DNA from: Oscillospiraceae bacterium
GTDB lineage: Bacteria > Bacillota > Clostridia > Oscillospirales > Oscillospiraceae
DNA: 64,000 bases
Assembly: GCA_017614755.1 (NCBI GenBank)
Contig: JAGABH010000139.1
Span: forward strand, 7,868 to 71,867
Direction: 5' to 3'
Shown here: one piece after another, positions 49,726 to 59,900 of the stretch
How the letters are laid out: the number at the start of each line of letters is the position of its first letter
Numbering within the stretch: the stretch's first letter is position 1
Translations under genes and position numbers: made by a program
The notes under the pieces: model-generated
What the model was told of the DNA's origin: nothing
The model's input: the letters and a program-made list of their open reading frames with translations, nothing else
Databases searched by the model: none

Positions 49726-49743
49726 AGCAATCTCCGAGTGCGC

Positions 49744-49768
49744 ACGCAGAATGCAGAACGCATTCTGC
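49744..49768 (-). other. Intercistronic 10-bp perfect hairpin between rbgA and rnhB (no U-tract)
   Basis: CGCAGAATGC-agaac-GCATTCTGCG. It lies between the rbgA stop (49777) and the rnhB start (49725). Confidence 0.5.
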
Positions 49769-49776
49769 GCGATGAT

Positions 49777-50667
49777 TTACGCGGGATATTCCAAGGTAAA
49801 ACGTCCCAGCTTGCAGCTTCTGTACTCTTCCAGCAGGACGTTTGCCATCCGATCCAGATCGATCTGCGCTCCGGGCAGCAAAAATCCCCGCTTCCTCGCC
49901 GCCTGTTCCATCAGGGAAAAGCCCCGAGCGGCGGCCGTCAACTCCGGGAAGTCTGTAGGAAGCTGGCCGTCGTCCAGCTTGTAACGATCCCGCAGGGCCT
50001 GGGGGTAATCCTGCCAGAGCTGGTCCATCAGCCGGGCGGCCAGGGTTTCGGTGTCCAGGATATCATCCTTAACTGCGCCGGTCCAGGCCAGGCGGAGACC
50101 CACCTCCGGGTCCTCAAATTTGGGCCAGAGAATACCGGGCGTGTCCAGCAGCAGAAGGCCCTGATCTACCGTGACCCATTGCTTGCCCCGGGTTACACCG
50201 GGACGATTTTCCGCCTTGGCGCCCTTCCGTCCCGCCACCTGGTTGATAAAGGTGGACTTCCCGACATTCGGGATGCCCACCACCATGGCCTTCAGCGGCT
50301 TTCCCGCCATTCCCTTTTCCGCATACCGCCTGCGTTTCTCTGACAGGAGGCGATTCAAAGCGGGAGAGAAATCCGTAATCCCTCTTCGGGTCTTGCAGTC
50401 CGTCTGGATCACGGAAAAGCCCCGGGCCTTAAAATGTTCGGTCCAGGTTTTGGTTCGGGTCGGGTCAGCCATGTCAATTCGATTCAAAATAATCATCCGG
50501 GGCTTATCCCCACAGATCCGGTCAATATCAGGATTCCGGGAGGAGATGGGAATCCGGGCGTCCAGAATCTCACAGACAGCGTCCACGAGCTTCAGCTCGG
50601 ATTCCATCATCCGCCGGGTTTTGGTCATATGACCGGGATACCATTGAATGTTCAGCTCGTCAGTCAT
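49777..50667 (-). CDS. rbgA: Ribosome biogenesis GTPase A (RbgA/YlqF)
   Basis: The start at 50667 gives MTDELNIQWYPGHMTKTRR. Circularly permuted GTPase with DARIP, NRIDM and GIPNVGKST. The longer ORF to 50868 overlaps lepB and is not credible. Confidence 0.93.
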   Translation of the reverse strand: MTDELNIQWYPGHMTKTRRMMESELKLVDAVCEILDARIPISSRNPDIDRICGDKPRMIILNRIDMADPTRTKTWTEHFKARGFSVIQTDCKTRRGITDFSPALNRLLSEKRRRYAEKGMAGKPLKAMVVGIPNVGKSTFINQVAGRKGAKAENRPGVTRGKQWVTVDQGLLLLDTPGILWPKFEDPEVGLRLAWTGAVKDDILDTETLAARLMDQLWQDYPQALRDRYKLDDGQLPTDFPELTAAARGFSLMEQAARKRGFLLPGAQIDLDRMANVLLEEYRSCKLGRFTLEYPA

Positions 50668-51346
50668 AGATGTCTCCAAGCCGTTTCCAGTCCCGGTCGT
50701 TACCGTTCTCGGTGTCCTCTCCCGGGAAGGCCAGCAAAAGAGCCTTGCCCACAATATAGCGCCCGTCAACCATACCGACATCGGAATACCGGCTGTCGTA
50801 GGAGTGGTTCCGATTATCGCCCATGAGGAAATAGCAGCCCTCCGGAACCTTGGCCACGAAGCCTTCATCGGCCAGGCTGAACTTCATGGGCTCGTTGATG
50901 AATTCCTCCGGCTGCAGCACGTCGTCCACATAGACGTGGAGGCAGGCATCCGACCCAAGCCGGAAGGAGACCGTCTGGCCCTCGGTGGCGATAACCCGCT
51001 TCACAATGGGCTTTCCGTTTTCATAAGTGGGCACGCAGGCAACCACAATGTCTCCCTGCTCATAGGTGGAGGAGAGGAAATTGCTGCGAAGGATCAGGTA
51101 ATCTCCCCCCGTGCCCATTCTTTCCTGCTCGCCCACCAGAGTGGGATACATGGAGATGCCGGAAACGCCCACCAGTCTGGCAGCTAAAATAAAGCCAATC
51201 ACAATAACGGCCAGAATGCTGACCATATCATGTAGCATGAAATAAACCGTCCCGGCAAGGCCCCTGGCCTCAAAGGGATTCGGCTCTTTTTCCTTTTTAT
51301 TCCGGTTGTTTTGCTTCCCGAATTTTCCGGATTGAAATGGTTTCAT
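50660..51346 (-). CDS. lepB: Signal peptidase I
   Basis: Catalytic Ser box GISMYPTL, and the Lys box and box E GDNRNHSYDSR. The ATG at 51346 follows AGGAGG. Confidence 0.93.
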   Translation of the reverse strand: MKPFQSGKFGKQNNRNKKEKEPNPFEARGLAGTVYFMLHDMVSILAVIVIGFILAARLVGVSGISMYPTLVGEQERMGTGGDYLILRSNFLSSTYEQGDIVVACVPTYENGKPIVKRVIATEGQTVSFRLGSDACLHVYVDDVLQPEEFINEPMKFSLADEGFVAKVPEGCYFLMGDNRNHSYDSRYSDVGMVDGRYIVGKALLLAFPGEDTENGNDRDWKRLGDIYD

Positions 51347-51513
51347 AACAGCCTCCTGGAAAAGCGAGCAGTCTGCTCGCACTTTTTTCATTATATATTA
51401 TAAACGATCTTCTCGCAAATTCCAATACCTAATTTCTAAATTTTTTGTAAGCATGCACAAAAAAGGATTCCGATCTTTGCCAAAACTGCTGTTTTCCTTA
51501 GACAGTTTTTCTA

Positions 51514-51542
51514 TTGATTTTTCCATCAGAAGGGGGTAAAAT
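51514..51542 (+). promoter_or_regulatory. Candidate SigA promoter for the DUF1292 gene
   Basis: Reads TTGATT, 17 nt, TAAAAT. Confidence 0.4.
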
Positions 51543-51572
51543 AAAATCAGAAATCAACTGGAGGCAAAATTC

Positions 51573-51866
51573 ATGAGCGAACTGTTCGGAGACGACTTTA
51601 TCACCATCACCGACGAGGACGGCGTTGAGTACGAGCTGGAGGTCCTCTGTTCCGTGGAATACAAGGGCAGCACCTATCTGGGTGTCTGTCCCGCCGATAC
51701 GGAGCAGGAAGACGCTGAGCTTGAGGTCAGCGTCCTGAAGGTTTCCATAGAGGACGGCGAGGAGATTCTGGAAGCAGTAACCGACGAAGACGAGCTGGCT
51801 GCTGTTTATGAACTCCTGCTGGATGACTACGAAGAAAAAGAAGAAGAGGCAGAAGAAGCGGAGTAA
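51573..51866 (+). CDS. DUF1292-family small acidic protein
   Basis: Reads MSELFGDDFITITDEDGVEYELEVL...YKGSTYL with a very acidic tail. Typical of DUF1292 (YrzB-like). Confidence 0.85.
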   Translation: MSELFGDDFITITDEDGVEYELEVLCSVEYKGSTYLGVCPADTEQEDAELEVSVLKVSIEDGEEILEAVTDEDELAAVYELLLDDYEEKEEEAEEAE

Positions 51867-51900
51867 ATATCGGCAGCACCTCTCTTGTGCTGCCCCACGC

Positions 51901-52103
51901 AAAATCACCCTGCTTGGTGCGTGATGTGCCCTTTTAGACCCACAACATTTATAAGGGACGCCGGAATCTTCCTTGGTGGATTGTAGACCTCCCGCGTGGC
52001 TTGCCCGCGGAAGCTGGGAACAGAGAAGCCCTGGAGCGGCGACCCACCTGCCAGGATCGTGCAGGTTATAAATGGGCACACACGGCTTAAGCGGGGTTTT
52101 TTT
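51901..52103 (+). ncRNA. Candidate structured ncRNA, 6S RNA-like rod (tentative)
   Basis: 203-nt non-coding segment. Its 5-prime 31 nt (AAAATCACCCTGCTTGGTGCGTGATGTGCCC) pair imperfectly with its 3-prime 30 nt (GGGCACACACGGCTTAAGCGGGGTTTTTTT). The interior shows further stems (GGGACGCCG/CGGCGACCC, ACCTGC/GCAGGT, CCGCG/CGCGG) around unpaired A/U-rich bubbles. It ends in a U-run. No covariance-model search was possible. Confidence 0.4.
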
Positions 52104-52162
52104 GCGGTTTTTGCCTGATTCACGGAAAATTGTGAACTTTCCTTATTTCTGAAACTTTTTCT

Positions 52163-52190
52163 TGAAACTTGTACCAAAAAGCTGTATAAT
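52163..52190 (+). promoter_or_regulatory. SigA promoter for the 52252..53862 gene
   Basis: Reads TTGAAA, 17 nt, TGTATAAT (extended -10 with consensus TATAAT). Confidence 0.6.
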
Positions 52191-52251
52191 AAGCCACGAT
52201 CGGCCCGAATGATAAGGACCACAGCAAATTTTGAGAGGATTGATGAATCAA

Positions 52252-53862
52252 ATGAGCGCATCTGCATCCAAAAAGAAGCGCAAAGAGCTGGAAGACCAGG
52301 GTCTTTCCGCCAAAGACATTGCGGCCAAGAAGGCCCATGACAAAAAGAGCAAGACTACGAAGACCGTCGTTGTCGCTGCTCTGGCGGTGATTATCTGCAT
52401 CGCTGCAGTTTTCGCTGTGATTAAGCTGGTCAATCAGCCCGACTATGATACCAGCGCCCCAGTTTTGAGCGTTGGCACGGAAAAAATCACGGTTCCCGTC
52501 TACAACTATCTCTACAACAACTCAGCCGTTAATTTCTGCAACACCTATTCCAGCTTTATCAAAGCCGGAACTCCCTTTGCAGAGCAAAGCAGCATCTTTG
52601 GGGAAGGCACCATGGAGGACTACATGAAGCAGTCCGCCAACAATTCCATCAAGGAATTTCTGAACGTGGTAGCCAAAGCCAGGGAAAACAACTACTACAC
52701 CCTCACGGAGGATGATAAGACCACTATCCAGGAAAACCTCAAAGCTCTGGAGACCGAGGCCGCCAGTTATGGCTTCTCCAGCGTGGACAAGTATCTGAAG
52801 GCCCGCTATGGTGATGGCTGCGATCAGGATAACTACGAGGATTATCTGGAACTGGTGGCCCTGTATTCCGGCTGTGCGCAGAAGCTCAGCGATGAGTTTA
52901 AGCCCACGGCTGAGGAATTGCAGAATGCGTATGCGGAAGACCCCTCTGTCTATGACCTTGTGAGCTTTACTTACACTACCTCCAGCGCCAAGTCCACTCC
53001 TGTTGAGTCCACTGACAACGCCGATGATCAGGAAACTGATTCCTCCGAGCCCACCCAGGTTCCAACCACCTATACCGACGAGGCGAAGGCCGAAGCCCGG
53101 GAAAAGGCCGAGGGCTACGCCGCGGAAATGCCCGAGGACGCCATTGACCTGACCGGCACAAAGAGCGACGCTATCAGCAGAACCACTGAGGAAATTGCCG
53201 AGTGGCTCTTCGACGCTTCCCGCAAGGAAGGCGACGTAAAGGTATTCGCCAGCAACGAACAAGAGATTTACTTCTACGCTGTTCGTTTCAACAGCAGAGA
53301 TACCAACGACTATCGCCTTGCGAAGGCCAATATTCTCACCATTACCAAGGACAAGGAAGAGGAAAAGAAGGAAGAAACCTCCACAGACAAGAAGGATCAG
53401 GCGATCCAGGACGAAAGCCAGGTCGACGCCGGTAAGGACGAGGAAGAGAAGAAGGAAGAAAAGACCGCTGAGCAGAAGCGGACTGAACTGCTGGCCGCCA
53501 TCCATGAAGGCATGACAGATGAAGAATACAGCAAGGCTGTCACCGATCTGGGCTATACCACCGCCACCAACAACGTCACCAAGAGCTATTCCATCCAGGA
53601 AATTGTGGACTTCCTCTATGACGAAAACCGCAAGGCCGGCGACCTGTTCACTGCCTACGAGAGTGATACTGCCTACTATGTGGTTCGCTTTGTCGGTCTG
53701 GAGGAGAAGACCTACCGCGATCAAATGGTAGAGAGCAATCTGTGGTCCAAATACTACTCTGACATTGCAACTGCCAATGAGCTTACCGTCGACGAGGAAC
53801 TGATGAAGCACGCCAACACCAATCTGGTTTACGGCAGCAGCAACACAACCAGCGCATCCTGA
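52252..53862 (+). CDS. Membrane-anchored SurA/PrsA N-terminal-like chaperone-domain protein (no PPIase core seen)
   Basis: Lys-rich N-terminus and one TM helix (VVVAALAVIICIAAVFAVI). The extracytoplasmic part resembles foldase N-domains. Contains an internal repeat and a K/E-rich linker. Start could be 52231, 52243 or 52252. Confidence 0.5.
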   Translation: MSASASKKKRKELEDQGLSAKDIAAKKAHDKKSKTTKTVVVAALAVIICIAAVFAVIKLVNQPDYDTSAPVLSVGTEKITVPVYNYLYNNSAVNFCNTYSSFIKAGTPFAEQSSIFGEGTMEDYMKQSANNSIKEFLNVVAKARENNYYTLTEDDKTTIQENLKALETEAASYGFSSVDKYLKARYGDGCDQDNYEDYLELVALYSGCAQKLSDEFKPTAEELQNAYAEDPSVYDLVSFTYTTSSAKSTPVESTDNADDQETDSSEPTQVPTTYTDEAKAEAREKAEGYAAEMPEDAIDLTGTKSDAISRTTEEIAEWLFDASRKEGDVKVFASNEQEIYFYAVRFNSRDTNDYRLAKANILTITKDKEEEKKEETSTDKKDQAIQDESQVDAGKDEEEKKEEKTAEQKRTELLAAIHEGMTDEEYSKAVTDLGYTTATNNVTKSYSIQEIVDFLYDENRKAGDLFTAYESDTAYYVVRFVGLEEKTYRDQMVESNLWSKYYSDIATANELTVDEELMKHANTNLVYGSSNTTSAS

Positions 53863-53880
53863 AACCAACCATAATTTGAC

Positions 53881-53918
53881 AAAAAACAAGAGGTATCGAT
53901 TGATACCTCTTGTTTTTT
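53881..53918. terminator. Bidirectional terminator between convergent genes
   Basis: AAAAAA-CAAGAGGTATC-gatt-GATACCTCTTG-TTTTTT: an 11-bp stem flanked by A6 and T6. Confidence 0.85.
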
Positions 53919-53924
53919 CGCGCT

Positions 53925-56900
53925 TTATACCAGTTCCATAACGGAGTCAGTCGCGAAGAAATAAAGCAGCTTCCGGACCACAGGCTGACCGAAAATCCGG
54001 CTGAGGGCATTTGCGTAGGCCTCCAACTGCGGGCGGTACCTCTCCCCTGCCTCCGACTCCGTTCCCGGGCGAATCCGGTCTGTCTTAAAATCAATTACGG
54101 TGATTCCATCCGCTCCGAACAGGCAGCAGTCCGTGACGCCCTGGAGAAGAATCCGTTCTCCCGCCGCTTCAGGGTACCAGGCCTCCGCAGATGTCAGCAC
54201 CGAGAATTTGAATTCCCGCAGAACCCGGTCCGCTCCGCGAATCAGTTCCCCCAGAGGTCCTGTAAAGACCCGCATCAGCTTCTCTGGGTCCACAGCCGCC
54301 GCCTGAGAGGCTGTCAGAAAATCCTCCTCTACCAGGTGTTGAAGCTGTGCCTGAATCGCCTCTAAAGAATCTGTCCGGGCAAAATCCAGGTATTGCATGG
54401 CCTGATGGACGGCGGTTCCCCGCTGGGTGGGCGTCAGGGGTTTTTCTCCCTGAATCAGAAGCGGCCTGCGAAGACTCAGCCGGGCGTAGTCCTCCCGGGG
54501 CGCCCCGTCGTCCGCCTCCCGATCCAACTCTCTGCCCTTAAGCTGGGTTGCCGTCAGCTTGGTGGGAATTGTCTGGGCCGCAACGTGGGGGTAACGGAAG
54601 CCAATACCTTCCCGCAGAGCTTCGGCGGAAATGTCTCCCGGCAGCTGAACAGACCGATCTTCCCTCAGGGGGGCGGCGGCTTCCGCGGGAATCTCCTGCC
54701 AGCAAATCTGCCAGGGAATATCTGAAACAGCGGTCCCTTCCGGTTTCCCGCCCACAGCATGAAGCGCTCCCGCCTCGGTCCGAAGCAGTGCGGCAAGCAG
54801 TACCCAGTCCCCCGGGCAGGAGGCGTCAGCAGCCAGCAGTTTCGCGGTTTCCGGGGTCAGCTGGGTAGAAAAGTCCCAGAGTTTTCCCCGCAAATTCTCC
54901 CCGCAGCAGGTCATAATCAGCATATCCTTTGCCCGAGTCATAGCCACGTAGAGAATTCGAAGCTCCTCCGAGAGATTCTCCAGCTTTGTCTGCCGGGCAA
55001 TGGCGGCTTTGGCGATGGAGTGATAGCGAATATGGGCGGCGTGGTCATAGACGGAACAACCGGCGCCGAGGTCGCTGTGAAACAGCACCGGTGCCTTCAG
55101 ATCCTCCGTGTTGAAACGCCGGGACAGGCCGCAGAGCAGAACAACCGGAAATTCCAGGCCTTTGGACTTATGGACGCTCATAACCTTGACTGCGTTACCC
55201 GTCTGCTGGGCTGTCTGAAGTCCCCCCCGTTCCCGCAAAGCATCCACATAAGCCAGGAATTGGTGCAGGCTTTTCAGCCCGCCCTCGGAAAAGGAGGCGG
55301 CCAGCTTGGAAAATGCGCGGAGCCGCAGCAGTCGGGCTTGACCGTTTTCCATAGCGCCGTAGACTGCTTCCAGGTCCACCTTTTGCCGCAGTTTTTCCAA
55401 CAGAACAGCCAGCGGAAGGGCTCTGGACATAATCCGCAGCTCCTCCAGCTTGGAAAGAGCGGAGGCCAGAATCGGCTCTCCGGGTGCGGCATCCAGCAGC
55501 GAATCCCAAAGATCGGCACCGCGCGCTCCCCTGGCCTTTGCCAGCACAGAAGCCGGAACGCAAAAAATCGGACTCAGCAGCGCACCGGTCAGGGGGATGT
55601 CCTGATGGGCGTTATCCAGAACCCGCAGCAAACAGAGCAGCGCCTGAATCTCCGAGGCGTTCAAAAGATCCTCTCCCGTGTCGCTGGCCGCCGGGATGCC
55701 CAGACGCAGCAACGCATCCAGATAGAACTCCGCGACATTTTTCGGGGAACGAAGCAGAATTACAATGTCACCCGGCTCCACCGGCCGGGTCTTCTCCCCG
55801 ACCCGGACGGGAATCTGCGCCTCCAGCAGCCCGCGAATCCTCTGGGCCGCAAAGGCTGCCTCCGAACGGTTTTTCTCCGGGATATCGGCCTCAGTGTCCT
55901 CCTGCTCCGTAGACAGACAATGGAGCTCCACCTGGGTTTGCGGCAACGGAACCAGCTCCCGGCCAGGACGCAGACGCTCCAAGGGGCCGTAGTCCAAGCC
56001 CCCTACCTGCTGGGACATACACAAACCGAAAACGGCGTTTACCGCCTCCAGCACGGGGGCACCGGAGCGGAAATTGTGCGAAAGCAGAATCCGCTGTCTT
56101 CCACTGGGCTCCGCCGACTCCGAATCGGGATAACGCTCATATTTTTTCAGGAAGATGGCCGGGTCCGCCAGTCGGAAGCGATAGATGGACTGCTTCACAT
56201 CTCCTACCAAAAAGCGGTTTTTCCCTTCCCGGGACAGAGCACGGAAGATGGCGTCCTGTACCTGGTTGGTATCCTGGTACTCGTCCACCATGATTTCCCG
56301 ATACCGCTCACTGATTCTCCGGGCTGCCTGGGTGGGCGTTACGCCGTCATTTTCCAGCAGCAGGCGAAGCGCCAGATGCTCCAAATCAGAGAAATCCAGG
56401 ACATGAAGCCGACGCTTCTCGTCAGAAAAGCGTCCGGAAAAATCCCGGGTCAGGTCAAAGAGGGCCTGAAGGGTCACAGCAGTCTGGGACAGATCGCTCA
56501 AAACCTCCGTGGAAGCGCCGCGGAGCTCTTCTCCCCATTTTCGAATTCGGGTTTTGGCCTGTTCCCGGATTACCTTCGCCCGTTCCTGCAAGGACAGGTC
56601 CTCGCAGGCTTTGACCGGCGGCAAACGGCCAAAATCAGCAGCCTCCGGAAAAGCCGTGACCGTTTCGTCCCAGGTCTCACAGGCGGCCAGTTTTCGAAGT
56701 CCCTCGGCGTTCGCCGAAAAGACTGGAACATATTTCGCAAGACTGTCGCTCAGACTCAGCTCTGCAGCAATCTTTTCCAGGCAATCTGCCTGCTCTCGGG
56801 CGCAGCTTCGCAGACCGTCAAGCAAGTATTTCCCCCACACAGTCTGCTCCGCCCCTGTAATCCCGGACAGATTCAGACGGGCCTCACAGTCTGACAGCCA

Positions 56901-59900
56901 AGCAGATGGATCGGAATGACACTGGGCAGTGGTATGAACGCCCAGAACCAACGCCGGGATCCGGCGGTCGTCTCTTCCCGCACCAAGGCCGTCTACCAGC
57001 TGCCGAAGGGCAAGATCGTCAGCGATTCGCTCATAGCGTTCTTCCAGAAGATCGTCCAGAATCCGCGCCTGCAGGTCTTCGGCTTCCGTCTGTTCCAGCA
57101 TACGGAAGTCCGCCGGAATGTCCAGCTCATAGGAAAACTCCCGAATCAACTCCGCGCAGAAGGCATGCACGGTGGAAATCTGCGTCAGGTAGACCCGGCT
57201 CTGCTGCTTTTGCAGGTGTCGGTTCTCCGGGTCAGCCGCAAGTCTTGCCGCCAGCTCTCGGGCAATTCTGGCCCGCAGCTCTGCCGCGGCCTTTTTTGTA
57301 AAAGTGATAATCAGAAATTCGTTGATGGAACATTCCCGATCCGTACGGAGAACCTGATCCATCAGCCGCTCCACAATCACCTTCGTCTTTCCGGAACCGG
57401 CAGCAGCTGCCACCAGGATCGGACCGCCGGGATTTCGGACGGCCATTTCCTGGGCTTTTGTCAGTTGATCAGCCATGGGCCTTCGCCTCCTGTTCCATTT
57501 CCTTCCAGAATTCCCCCGGCTCACCGCACGCAGTCTACGCAGCGGAACCTCGCCGCTGTCCACCCGGCAAATTGCTCTATAGGGACACCAACGGCAGGCA
57601 TTGTGATCCTCTCCGCGCCAGAAGGGATCCGGGGCAATGACCCCAGCCCAGACAGTATCGGCCTGCTCGCCAAGCGTTCTTCGCACATGGGCTTCCACCA
57701 GGGCAAGCTGTTCCGGACTGGCAAGGTCCCCACTGCGCTCGCCGGTCTTTTTGGAAATTTGATAAGGCAGATAAATCGGCGTGGTGCCGGGCTCCATGGC
57801 CTGCAAAATCTCCTCGTCATCCAGCAGAAGACCCTTCCGGCGGAGCTTTTTGCTGTGAAGACTCTCCGCCTCCTCCAGGGTCAGCCGGTTTTTGGCAGAC
57901 TCCACGTCATAGCGAGCCGGGAAATAGAGCACTCCCGCCGGATGCAGCTCCCGATTGTGATACCGGGCCGCCTCCCGGGTCAGGGCAAACAGATAAATCA
58001 GCATTTGCAGACCCATACCGGAGAGAATATCTGTGTAGTCAAAATCCTTTCGGCCGGTTTTGTAGTCCACCACCCGCAGATAGGTCTTGCCGGAAGCGGT
58101 GGTATAGAGGTCCACCCGATCCACAATTCCATTCAGCCATCCAACAGCTAAATTTCCTGTAATGGGAATGGCCGTCTGGTCCCGGAAGGCTAACTCAAAC
58201 CAAGTGGGAATAAAGCTGGATTGAGAAAGCTCCCGCGCCATATCCAGAACCACGTGCTCTACCTCCAGGAAGCTCCGTTCCAGGAGATAAGACCCACGGC
58301 TTGTATAATCGGCAAGGCCGCCGAGGCGCTCCTCCACAAAGCGGTCATACCAGCTTCTTGCCAAAGCAAGAACCCTGTCCTCGGGAACCAGCGCAAAGCC
58401 TCCCTCTTCCTCTACGTCCTCTGCCGTGTGTTGGAGCACATAGTGGACCAGTGTGCCATAAACAGCTGGGTCCACCCTGGCCTCTTTCCGTTCTTTTAGG
58501 CCCAGACCGTATTGTAGGAAAAAGCCGAATTTACAGGCGGCAAGTCTGTCCACCTTCGACGCGGAAAAACTGAGACTGTCGCCGTAAAGGGCGGAAACGG
58601 CCTCCCGGTCCAGGGTCCCGGGCTCATAGGCCGCCCGACGACACAGGGCTTCCGCATAGGGTTTCAGAGAAGGAAACGCCCGCAAAAGCTCCGGGCGCTC
58701 TGTCCCGCCCCGGACGGCCTGGGCAGCTGCGTCCTTCTCATTCTGCGGAAGCGGGCTCTGCCGTTTCTCCATCCGCTGGGGAAAGATGACACCGAGCCGG
58801 GTAAACAAATAGCTGGGGGCCTCCCGATCACAGCAGAGGCAGATGGACTCCGTGGGGGCGGTAAAAACGGTATAGGCAGTCAAAAAATCCCGATCCAGCC
58901 GGTTTTCCGCGTCCGGGGCAGCGGGAAGGCCCGCCGCCTTCATCCGTCTTCGCTCATCATCACTGAGCAGACTCCCCCCCGTTTCCCAGGCGGGCAAAAG
59001 GCCATCGGAAGCTCCCAGCACAATTAAATGCTTCAAGCCGGTGTTTCGCATGGCGGTCAGATCCCCTACCCGAAGACAGTCCCCGGTGGCAGGAATCGTC
59101 GCCACGCTGTTTTGCGTCAGTGCGGCCCAAAAGAACCGATAGAAATCCTCCGGACTCCGACTTCCGGAACCAAGAACTCCGAAGATTTGCTCCATCACAG
59201 AAAGCAGAATCTCGTAAAGCTTGGTCAGCTCCCGGGCTCGCTGGCTCTCTCCTGCCCCGGCCAGCGCGGAAGCAGAGTCGATAATTGCCTTTTCTAAGCC
59301 GATCTCCTCCAGGAATGTTTCCAGCGCCCGAATCTGCCCGGAGGTCTGTTGGGACTCCCGCAGGCCATTCCGAAGACGAAGCAGAGGCAGGATGGCTTTC
59401 TCTCTGGCTTTATTCCAGGGAACAAGAAGCGCTTCCAGCTCCCCGGGCGCAGGGGGCTCCATAAGCGGACCGGCCGGGTTCTTATCAAAGGGCAAATCCC
59501 AGCGGCTCCCACGCAGCTTCCAAACAAAGGCATAGTTTTCCAGGAGATCACATTCCGTGAGCGTCAGCGGCGCATAACCGGAGTGCAGATACTCGCAGAC
59601 TGCTTCCTGTTCCATACCGCAGGCAGCAGCCTCCAGGGCAAAAACAACCGCCCGAATGACACCATGACAGAGAATACTCCGATTCCCGGAAAAATAGGTC
59701 GGCATCCCGTATCGATCCAAAATCCCCTCCAGCGAGGATTCATAAACCGCTCGATCCGTGTAGGCCACACCGATATCCCGCCAGCGAGCGCCGCCGCGAA
59801 TCAGCGCCTGAATCCTGCCCACAGCCAGCTCACACTCCTCCGCCGGGTCAGCCGCGGGAAGGAGAAGAACCTGATCCGTTTGGGATTCCCAGAGCAGAGG

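Noticed and set aside
50668-50868. N-terminal extension of rbgA (ORF track 363 aa) overlapping lepB by about 200 nt
   Set aside because: The RbgA homology starts at MTDELNIQWYPGHM (ATG 50667). The extension is the out-of-frame read of the lepB 3-prime end.
51901-52103. Alternative identity of the candidate ncRNA as SRP (4.5S/scRNA) RNA
   Set aside because: A GGAA tetraloop-like element exists (CCGC-GGAA-GC). The flanking sequence, however, does not match the conserved SRP domain IV (..GGAAGCAGCC..), and no Alu-like domain is evident. The 6S-like rod is the better, though still tentative, fit.
54759-56894. 711-aa plus-strand ORF, plus several shorter ones, inside addA/addB
   Set aside because: These are shadow frames of the GC-rich addBA gene. 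They have no motifs and no translation signals.
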